From a virus: 64,000 nucleotides of DNA. The notes beneath the pieces are model-generated. The model had not been told where the DNA came from. It searched no databases and saw only the letters and a list, made by a program, of their open reading frames with translations. This document shows, piece by piece, positions 42,133-49,606 of this stretch. The stretch lies in the IMG/VR virus record IMGVR_UViG_3300005683_000016, positions 32,001 to 96,000 of that record, one strand, 5' to 3'. Each line of letters starts with the position of its first letter. Position 1 is the first letter of the stretch. The position numbers were made by a program, and so were the translations under genes.

Positions 42133-42468
42133 ATGGCTGCTAAAAATGAAAAGTGGAATGTCCTCACTCGTGGTGAAGTGTTCCAAAAACCAATCCTGTC
42201 AGTAAAACCTGTTGAAGTCAACGGTGTTCCCAAATACGTCATCAATGAGATGTATTGGAGCACTGTAAGGCCCGCAGAAGATGTGGCCTTTGTATGTCTT
42301 CAGCATGTCACTTTGGAACGCGGTGAAGGTGACAAGAAGGAAACACAGACTACGGTCAATGTGGTGTCCTACGCACGTCAATCCGCACAGATGTCCGTGC
42401 AGGACAAAATCAAGACCATCACAGAAAATCCCGATGTTGCAATGGCTCTTGCAACCCTTTTGAAATAG
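42133..42468 (+). CDS. First plus-strand (early) gene, hypothetical
   Basis: Likely start MAAKNEK; codon usage is more GC-rich than its neighbours; followed by a strong terminator. Confidence 0.7.
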   Translation: MAAKNEKWNVLTRGEVFQKPILSVKPVEVNGVPKYVINEMYWSTVRPAEDVAFVCLQHVTLERGEGDKKETQTTVNVVSYARQSAQMSVQDKIKTITENPDVAMALATLLK

Positions 42469-42491
42469 GAGGTAATCCGGGATTAGATCTC

Positions 42492-42535
42492 ACCTTCGTC
42501 CTGTCGTACAATCGTATGATGGGACGAAGGTTTTT
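42492..42535 (+). terminator. Intrinsic terminator
   Basis: ACCTTCGTCCTGTCGTAC-AATC-GTATGATGGGACGAAGGT plus T-run. Confidence 0.8.
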
Positions 42536-42560
42536 ATTTACCTATATTATATATAGGTGT

Positions 42561-42613
42561 AACTGTCCAGAGATATGTATCTCTGCTGATGAGTCCTAAA
42601 GGACGAAACAGTT
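42561..42613 (+). ncRNA. Type III hammerhead ribozyme
   Basis: AACTGT-C | CAGAGAT-ATGT-ATCTCTG | CTGATGA | GTCC-TAAA-GGAC | GAA-ACAGTT: complete core with a GUC cleavage triplet (cut after 42567). Confidence 0.93.
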
Positions 42614-42741
42614 TTATTTACTATTGGACATCATTAAGGTGCTCCGATAGTATTTAGACCAGAAGGATGGTTTATTAATAATCATTTAATGGTCTTAGTT
42701 ACTTAATTAAGTAAATAGTACAATTAATATTGGTATCAAGC

Positions 42742-43155
42742 CTATTTGTTGTAGTATTGTAATATCTTTTGAATATGAGATATAAACTCATCTATTGTGT
42801 GAGTATATTTCATCATGTTACAGGTATTACAAGAAGGTTGCACATTTTCAAGAGTATATCCTTTTTTAGAATCCACTCGATCAAGACAGTTTGCTTTATC
42901 TCCACAATAAACACAAGGAGTATTTAGCAATGTATCTATTTGATCAACTGTTAAGGAGAACTCAATTCCTTTTCTATTTGCTCGTTTAATATAACCTTCT
43001 GCTTTTCTTTCAGCAGGTGTAAGGTCTTTTAAAGGTTTATTACGAGACGAAATAGATTTAGGTTTTTTCTTTTTCTTGATTTCATGTTGTTGTAACTGCT
43101 GTTTTAATTCAGCAAGTTCTAAAGCAAGTTCGTATCCAGTTTTAATCTGTATCAT
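42742..43155 (-). CDS. HNH endonuclease
   Basis: CVYCG...LDRVDS.KGY...NV.PSCNTCN.MK; likely start MIQIK right after TACCTTTG. Confidence 0.85.
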   Translation of the reverse strand: MIQIKTGYELALELAELKQQLQQHEIKKKKKPKSISSRNKPLKDLTPAERKAEGYIKRANRKGIEFSLTVDQIDTLLNTPCVYCGDKANCLDRVDSKKGYTLENVQPSCNTCNMMKYTHTIDEFISHIQKILQYYNK

Positions 43156-43160
43156 AAATA

Positions 43161-43168
43161 CAAAGGTA
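43161..43168 (-). promoter_or_regulatory. Bacteroidota -7 element (TACCTTTG)
   Basis: TAnnTTTG 5 nt upstream of the HNH start. Confidence 0.6.
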
Positions 43169-43735
43169 ATGTTTAAACTGGAATTATCCAAATATAATTT
43201 GATCTCCACGCTGGAGGTTGTGTCATATTGAACCCATAAAAACATGGGTTGACCAAATTATATATTTTGAACTGTTCATTAACTCATCATACCATGACAC
43301 TCATTTTGAATCCGTCAGGTTCCCTGTCCACTGCTGGTGGATATGATTGGGACAAAAAGTAATGAGTAAAACCTTTCTAACAGTCAAGGGTGATTTGTGA
43401 GAGACTGTTATTTTAGTTTTCATTTGGTTAATATTATCTATTTGTTTGGTTAACTGTTTGTTAATTTAAACAAGTGATTTAACCAAGTGGTTAACTGTAA
43501 GTCATTGATTGTCAGGGGTAAATAAGAACACAAACCCCAACAAAATAGCAACAAATCCTCTCAAATATTCAAGAGAGGACAACTATAGAAGTAATAAGCA
43601 AATATTCGGTGCCCAATCGGTGCATCAAGAGATGGTACTCTCCAGTAAAACTCTACGCTGTTCTCAGACTCACCACCTGAAGCAATGCAGATATGGAAGA
43701 ATTAACAATTTTTTCATTTGTAAAATCAAAAAATT

Positions 43736-44068
43736 ATGATACTACTTGGGAAGAGAATTAACCAGACCAACCACCGTCTTGATACGTGGTTGAATGAAAA
43801 CCAGATCCAAAAAGCCATCAATAATGGTGGTAAAGTAGATCTTGGGCCTTGTACGATTGAAATCATCAACAACAATCTCGCTCGTGCTACTTATGAAGAC
43901 GGTGGTTACGAAGAGTATTCGTTTGTTCGTAAGATGTGGGCAGTCTACTTTAATGTAGATGGAATAATGCCCAAATTCTTTTCAACTTCAGAAAAGGCAG
44001 TAGATTTCTTTATATCGGATAAGGAAACAAGTTTTCCGCTTCTTGGTATTCAAGAAATCTGGCGATAA
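43736..44068 (+). CDS. Hypothetical early protein
   Basis: 110 aa with an A-rich upstream region. Confidence 0.65.
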   Translation: MILLGKRINQTNHRLDTWLNENQIQKAINNGGKVDLGPCTIEIINNNLARATYEDGGYEEYSFVRKMWAVYFNVDGIMPKFFSTSEKAVDFFISDKETSFPLLGIQEIWR

Positions 44069-44173
44069 TAGTGGTGCAAATCAGGAGTAACAGTTAAGTT
44101 ACTCCTAATTGTTCTATTTTTTAGATAGGATTAGGCTCTTAGCAGCGCTCAAACCATTAAATAAGAAAAAAAA

Positions 44174-44587
44174 ATGCTTTACCTATTCAACACTACAATC
44201 ATGCCTAATGAAGGCGTGTTTGTAAATCGCAAAGTATCCAAAGAACAAGCCTGGGAGATTATTGCAAACGCACCAGCGTTTACATCTGCGTTGGGCCATC
44301 AAGGCTCAGCAGATGTATTTAATGCTGTGTTTCCAACATTTGAAGTATCTGTAAATCGCATCCAAGCACAAATGCAACCCAAAGATGAGGCAGTATGTCT
44401 CAAAGTGTTGGGTCGTCTTCCAGAAGGACAAATCCTTTCTCTTGAACAATTGCAAGAGATTGGTTTCGAATTTTTCCATGTCCAAATGGTCATGGGAATT
44501 ACAGAAAACCCAATCGCATTTACTTGCGAGATGGGAGGGTCAAAAAACGAAAAAACATTCACCGCGTTTGGTGAGTGTAAATTTTAA
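44174..44587 (+). CDS. acrIII-1: DUF1874 / AcrIII-1 family viral ring nuclease
   Basis: YLFN N-terminus, FTSALGH (catalytic His), VNRI and GRLPEGQIL: the signature motifs of the STIV B116/YddF family. Confidence 0.88.
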   Translation: MLYLFNTTIMPNEGVFVNRKVSKEQAWEIIANAPAFTSALGHQGSADVFNAVFPTFEVSVNRIQAQMQPKDEAVCLKVLGRLPEGQILSLEQLQEIGFEFFHVQMVMGITENPIAFTCEMGGSKNEKTFTAFGECKF

Positions 44588-44598
44588 AAAAAACTATT

Positions 44599-44838
44599 AT
44601 GAAAAAACTTTTGCATCCAGTTACCCTTTTCCTGATCGGATATGTAATATCCGTGATTTGGATTTTTTGGGGCACTCCAGTTCCTAAATACTTTAATTGG
44701 CTTCCATTTGGAAACGCCAATGCTGGTATTTTCGTTATTGGAGGAACGGTTCTGATTGCAGCAATAGGAATATTGCTGTTGTTTACAGGATTTAAATATG
44801 TTGATTGGTACGAAAAAAAATATCAATCAAAAGATTAA
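44599..44838 (+). CDS. Two-TM membrane protein
   Basis: Two hydrophobic segments. Confidence 0.65.
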   Translation: MKKLLHPVTLFLIGYVISVIWIFWGTPVPKYFNWLPFGNANAGIFVIGGTVLIAAIGILLLFTGFKYVDWYEKKYQSKD

Positions 44839-44966
44839 ACAAATCTACCACGACTGTTAAATGCGCCAGAGGGCTAACAGGTGAAAAGGTAATGCGTAAT
44901 TCAAAGATTTATATCTTTGACGCGGTAATTTGTTTATTTTAATAAATAAAAAAAAAACAAAAAATT

Positions 44967-45599
44967 ATGAAAAATAAAAAAATCCTGTCTATTGATGCCG
45001 AAACCGATGGACTTTGGGGCAATCCGTTTGTAGTTGCCGCTATCGTATATGAGTGGCAACCAGAAAAATTCATCCCAGGTATGGATCGTGGTGTAGATGG
45101 GTACAGACCTGAACACATCCTTCAAGGATATTGGAAAGAAACCAACAAAATTCTGTTAAAACTACCTGATACAGTGGTTTCTAACCAATGGGTAATCGAG
45201 AACGTATTACCTACATTGAGCAATATCCGCCAACACTCTGGCGGTGCTGGTAGTGAATATGTGAACCATACTCACGAATCTTATGAAGACATGCTGCGTG
45301 ATTTTGCAGCATTTTATCTTGCTCACAAACAAAATGCAGATTGCATCTGCCACATGGGCTACATTGTAGAGGCCCATTTGTTTCGGGAAATGCACCACCT
45401 TGGTCACATAGGAGAATGGGATGCACCATACCCGTTGCTTGATGTGTCAGGCAATCTCCAGCAAGTTGGAGAAGATCCTACAAGTGTAGATAATTATGCT
45501 AAAAAACATCGGTTACCAATCACGGATTATGGTTCAACCCATAATCCCCTGTACGACTGCGAAGTTGCCGCCAAAGTGTATATGCACTTAACACGGTAA
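44967..45599 (+). CDS. DEDDh 3'-5' exonuclease
   Basis: SIDAETDGL (ExoI) ... HNPLYDC (ExoIII). Confidence 0.8.
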   Translation: MKNKKILSIDAETDGLWGNPFVVAAIVYEWQPEKFIPGMDRGVDGYRPEHILQGYWKETNKILLKLPDTVVSNQWVIENVLPTLSNIRQHSGGAGSEYVNHTHESYEDMLRDFAAFYLAHKQNADCICHMGYIVEAHLFREMHHLGHIGEWDAPYPLLDVSGNLQQVGEDPTSVDNYAKKHRLPITDYGSTHNPLYDCEVAAKVYMHLTR

Positions 45600-45605
45600 A
45601 CAATC

Positions 45606-45773
45606 AAAATCAAAAGTGAAGTGAAATATATCCATAATGTAATAGACGGTAAGCAGTCCGTTGAGCATATTTGGTTAATCGTGAATGTACTATGTACAAT
45701 GCGAGTATTAAGACCTTTAACGGGTTGCAAGGAGATAATATAATTATCAAATTGTAGGACGGCTTTTGATTTT
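45606..45773 (+). ncRNA. Unidentified multibranched structured RNA
   Basis: Closing stem AAAATCAAAAGT/GCTTTTGATTTT encloses TCCATAAT/ATTGTAGGA and four hairpins. Confidence 0.5.
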
Positions 45774-45897
45774 TTTTAATAAGATTACGGTGAGAATCCG
45801 TCTCTCAGCAAAGTAGTAATACTTGAACTAATAGAGAGTGTAATAAGATGTTCAGTAGCGAAGAAATTAATTTTTCTTAGCGAGAATGGAGAAATCC

Positions 45898-46041
45898 TCT
45901 GAAGTTATTACAGATAACCATGTGGGGCTTATGTCTTGAAATTCTTAAAAAGTGGCGCACTTTTTATTAATAAGTTATAATTCTGTATTAGTACAGCGTA
46001 ACTTAGATTATCAAGCATTAGTGCAGACTTAAAAATCATGG
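45898..46041 (+). ncRNA. Hatchet ribozyme with expanded P4
   Basis: P1 TCTG/CAGA, then CCATG-TGGGGCTTATG-T-CTTGA...TCAAG-CATTAGTGCAGAC-TTAAAAAT-CATGG. This matches the hatchet core as I recall it (CAUGUGGGGCUUAU...AUUAGUGCAGAC...CAUG), with compensatory changes. Confidence 0.85.
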
Positions 46042-46163
46042 AGTGGTACGACCTCAACTCGTATAATCTTTGTTGCAGATATTGATGAAAACATGAAAAG
46101 ATGTTCTGAGAGTCTTTTAAAAAGGTATCAAAAAGCAAAAGAAATTTTATTAAAAATATAAAA

Positions 46164-46594
46164 CATTCACTCCGTAAAGTCTCAGTCTTTAACAGGACTC
46201 ATCACAATTCCTTTAACGTAACATAAGTTGGTGGAACAACAGGCTTAGGTCTGTCTCACAAGTATGGTGGAAGTTTGGTTGGTAAAGACAGGAGATAATG
46301 TAATCCGAAAGGATTGGCAGCAGATGGACATTGTGTTCTTAGAACATAAATAGGTCAATACAAGATGAACAGATTAAATGCTGTTATGCTTGGACGTTTC
46401 CTTATCTGCCTTTTCAAGGTAACACTTTCAAACCAGTAATGGTGAGATAATGAAGAGTATACATGTGGCAAAAGTGTTCCAGTAAGAGCATACCCACCTG
46501 ACAGGGTAATTCCAGTTTCCAAATTGTATAAGGAAACAAACGGGTTAGGATATAATTGTGCAGACGCCCTAATAGTTAGGCTAAGGGTGTAACA
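46164..46594 (+). ncRNA. Unidentified large structured RNA, copy A
   Basis: Shares conserved blocks and covarying stems with 47241-47677. Confidence 0.75.
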
Positions 46595-46599
46595 ACTCC

Positions 46600-47230
46600 C
46601 AATCATTGGGTTAAATGGTAGTTATCAGTTACTTTAACTGATTTAGTTTACCTGTTTGTATAAATTTAACAGGAGTTCTTGTACATACAAGTGTTGTTAC
46701 TTTTTCCAGCAGTCAGAAAAAAGCGTGTAATCTACGAGATAAGATTAACCTACTGTACTTAGGTTTGAGGGTAGTTCCATGTACAACATTGAACCGAAAG
46801 GTATCATGTAAGCCCTTAAGTGGGATAAATTGAGTTAAATTGTGTTAGGTTGAAAATATACCTGTAAGAAATAATACATTTTTCGCATTTGTGAGATTTG
46901 TTAAGGTTCTTCCACAATAATATCCTACACTCAACGATGGCAGCCGGGTTGGAACCCACAGTAGATAAATAACTATACTCTTTTAGGGAGTGAAGTCAGT
47001 GTAGTTTTACTGAAAAAGTTAGTATTTATTAGACTGTTTAATAGGCGTTTTGTATATTGTAAAGTTGAATTTGTATCATAGAGAATCTGTGGGTGGATTT
47101 GCCTAATGTTAGGTGAGAGTAAGTTCGATCCTTACCGTTGATATAAATTTAACAGATATACAATCCTATACTATATAAGTCTGATCAACTTATGTAGTAA
47201 TTGTGCGACCCACATTATTGTGGGTGACAT
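46600..47230 (+). ncRNA. Unidentified ~630-nt ornate RNA (ROOL/GOLLD size class)
   Basis: No ORF; many hairpins and long-range stems; ends in the same 3' module as copies A and B. Confidence 0.6.
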
Positions 47231-47240
47231 TTTTTAAAAA

Positions 47241-47677
47241 CATCCACTCTGTAAAGTCTTGTAATTCGCGGAAGGTTTAACCAAATATTCTCTCTTTGGG
47301 GATAAAAAAGGTGAGAATCCTTTTTCTGTGTATAGACAGGAGATGATGTAAACCAATAATATGGTTTGGCAGCAGATGGACATTGTTATTTCTTAAATGA
47401 ACTAATAAATAGGTTACTGTTCAACTTATATAAGTTGAAAGAGATTTCCTTATCTGCCTCTTCACGTTAATAGCGTTCAAGATACACTATGACCGTTGTG
47501 AAATTCAACAGGAACTACTGATTCTATACCAATCAGAGTAGTGTACATCCAGTAATGGTGAGATAATGAAGAGTATACTAAGGGTAGTCCGTAATTCAGA
47601 AATGAATTAGAGTGGGAAAATAGACTTATAAAAATCCTACCTTAGTAATTGTGCGGCATCCCAAGTGGATGCAACAT
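47241..47677 (+). ncRNA. Unidentified large structured RNA, copy B
   Basis: Conserved blocks and covarying stems shared with copy A. Confidence 0.75.
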
Positions 47678-47689
47678 TTATTAACAAAA

Positions 47690-47724
47690 TTTTAACTTTT
47701 AACTTTTAACTTTTAACTTTTAAA
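47690..47724. repeat. Tandem heptamer (TTTTAAC)x4 plus TTTTAAA
   Basis: Read directly; lies immediately upstream of the ATG at 47737. Confidence 0.9.
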
Positions 47725-47736
47725 ATTGTAACGGAC

Positions 47737-48114
47737 ATGCAATTTACATTAGATCACAAAGTAGGAACAAACTATGTAACTGTCACTTTAAGTGGAAAAG
47801 TATCTCCACTTATATGGTGTGAGTTTTTCACAAAACTCCAATATCTTGGAGGAAAACAAGCAGTAGAAGGACAGTCGGATATTTGGCTGTTACCTACTTT
47901 TGTTACATCACAAGTCATTGAAGAAATCATCCATAACACATGTTTCGTGTGTGGTGGATTGATGAAAGATTCTACTGCATTTTTGAATGACTGTGTATCA
48001 TTCGATGATTTTGGTAATGATGCTGGACAACGAGGTACAACACAATCACGTGTTGGAGAAGCAAAACAAGTCAAAGTTCGCAAGTGCTCTTCTTGCGGAC
48101 ACTCACACACTTAA
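47737..48114 (+). CDS. Hypothetical protein with Zn ribbon
   Basis: CFVCGG ... KCSSCGHS. Confidence 0.7.
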   Translation: MQFTLDHKVGTNYVTVTLSGKVSPLIWCEFFTKLQYLGGKQAVEGQSDIWLLPTFVTSQVIEEIIHNTCFVCGGLMKDSTAFLNDCVSFDDFGNDAGQRGTTQSRVGEAKQVKVRKCSSCGHSHT

Positions 48115-48118
48115 AAAC

Positions 48119-48285
48119 AAAACAGGTGTAAGGGGGTGGAACCTTACTTTAAATGCTACCAACATTGGTTGGCCTCCAGGCATGGATGGGTCTAAAGTTC
48201 TTAAAGAACAGGGGTGAATAATGCTTAGAAGTCTGTTAAAAGACAACTTATAGTAGAATATCTCCCATGAAGGCATTACTGTTTT
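48119..48285 (+). ncRNA. Unidentified structured intergenic RNA
   Basis: AAAACAG/CTGTTTT closing stem, AATGCT/GGCATT inner stem, several GC-rich hairpins. Confidence 0.45.
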
Positions 48286-48300
48286 TAAAACAAGCAAACT

Positions 48301-48468
48301 ATGAACAAGATATTGGGAGCATTTAATATAACACGAGAGTATGATGGACGTGAAGTAGACTATATTGGATTTTTATCTTGTACAGACGGAGAATGGGTCG
48401 GATCAGGAGAATCTACATGTATACGATATGTAGAATGGTTGATCCACACCAATCAGATTCCAAATTAA
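48301..48468 (+). CDS. Small hypothetical protein (55 aa, not in the ORF track)
   Basis: ATG to TAA open frame, MNKILGAFNITREYDGREV... Confidence 0.5.
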   Translation: MNKILGAFNITREYDGREVDYIGFLSCTDGEWVGSGESTCIRYVEWLIHTNQIPN

Positions 48469-48482
48469 AAAAACAATAAAAT

Positions 48483-48866
48483 ATGAATCAACCAATCATT
48501 TTCAACAAAAATAACCCAACAGAAAAATACATTATTACCGAAAAATGGGAGTTTAACCCCAACGGTATAACCGTCTTTGATATGGAAGTTGGAGGAATCA
48601 CAGATAACGGATTTTACCATTTTTCAGAAATCGAAAATTGGAAAAATTTAGTTAAGCAGGATTTAAAACCTAAAGTCGTAGAAGCAATTCAATCACAAAA
48701 CCTTGAAAAGGTATTATCGTTGCTTCATTTTATGTCAGATAACGGTGTATTATATCAAGGAAGATATAACGCTCTAAAGAAACAGTATACTATGGGCATG
48801 ATTGAATCCTCAGAATATACAAGAGGAATTGCTCAAATAGGTTACGACATTTTGAAAAAATTTTAA
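48483..48866 (+). CDS. Protein with C-terminal EAD11-like helical domain
   Basis: 'EAIQSQNLEKVLSLL...LYQGRYNALKKQYTMGMIESSEYTRGIAQIGYDIL' follows the EAD11 pattern (L..R...L......G.I.........I...L). Confidence 0.6.
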   Translation: MNQPIIFNKNNPTEKYIITEKWEFNPNGITVFDMEVGGITDNGFYHFSEIENWKNLVKQDLKPKVVEAIQSQNLEKVLSLLHFMSDNGVLYQGRYNALKKQYTMGMIESSEYTRGIAQIGYDILKKF

Positions 48867-48944
48867 AAACCATTGTTAAACACCCACCCCAAAATTCCAA
48901 ATGATTTATTAGTTATTGAGGAGCGGGTTTATTAAAAAAATTGT

Positions 48945-49379
48945 ATGAAAATACCAGAACAATTTATCAATAAAAATCAACTTAAAAACCTTCCTATAGG
49001 TGCTATAGGCTATGCTGTTCCTTGGGTAATGTGGGTAGATATGGAAGGGAATGCTTTTCTTAATGAGAATTACGATTTACACCCTTCAAAAGGAGGTACA
49101 GTAAATCTTCAGATTACAAAAGTACCTGAAGGATATGTTGTGCATTTAGATAAATTCAGGTATTATGACAGAGAATATACTTGGACAAAACAAGAAAGTC
49201 CAGGATTTGCTTCCCCAAACGAAGTTTGCTATGGTAGAGTAGTTGCTTTTTCAGATAAAGAATATCAAGCATTGCAAAAAGATCCTGAGAGAATTAGGAA
49301 TCTTATTAACGAATGTATTCTTAACGAGAATTATGAACAAGCAAGAGAGTACCAAAACATTCTCGATCAATTGAATTAA
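48945..49379 (+). CDS. Hypothetical protein with C-terminal UVR-like motif
   Basis: 'INECILNENYEQAREYQNIL'. Confidence 0.65.
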   Translation: MKIPEQFINKNQLKNLPIGAIGYAVPWVMWVDMEGNAFLNENYDLHPSKGGTVNLQITKVPEGYVVHLDKFRYYDREYTWTKQESPGFASPNEVCYGRVVAFSDKEYQALQKDPERIRNLINECILNENYEQAREYQNILDQLN

Positions 49380-49386
49380 CTGGTTT

Positions 49387-49472
49387 GCTCCTGTGGCGAA
49401 ATTGGCAGCACGCTGCGGTCTTAAACACCGTTGGAGAAATCCGTAAGGGTTCAAGTCCCTTCAGGAGCACCA
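49387..49472 (+). tRNA. tRNA-Leu (anticodon TAA)
   Basis: GCTCCTG/CAGGAGC acceptor, GCGGT-CTTAAAC-ACCGT anticodon arm, long variable arm, TTCAAGT T-loop, encoded ACCA. Confidence 0.93.
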
Positions 49473-49606
49473 AACATTATTTTATGAACATTTACAACCG
49501 CATCAGAAAACGTACATCTTGGAAAACCAAATTAAAAGTTTGGGTCAAGATGCGTATTTTATTAATTTATAATTACTTTAAACAATGAGAACTTAGAACT
49601 TATAAA

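Noticed and set aside
44846-44930. HDV-like/theta or pistol ribozyme in the spacer before the exonuclease
   Set aside because: Two hairpins are present, but the nested pseudoknot and conserved core could not be built.
45929-46606. Short minus-strand ORFs within the ncRNA region
   Set aside because: They oppose the local transcription direction, have no protein-like features, and overlap recognisable RNA structures.
46164-47677. Group II intron (GTGCG starts), group I intron, RNase P or tmRNA identity for the large RNAs
   Set aside because: No domain V, no P7 R/S elements, no RNase P P4 consensus, no tRNA-like tmRNA ends, and no interrupted exon on either side.
46164-47677. CRISPR array or DGR template/variable repeat pair
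   Set aside because: No regularly spaced identical repeats. The differences between copies are whole-hairpin swaps rather than adenine-specific changes, and no reverse transcriptase is present in the window.
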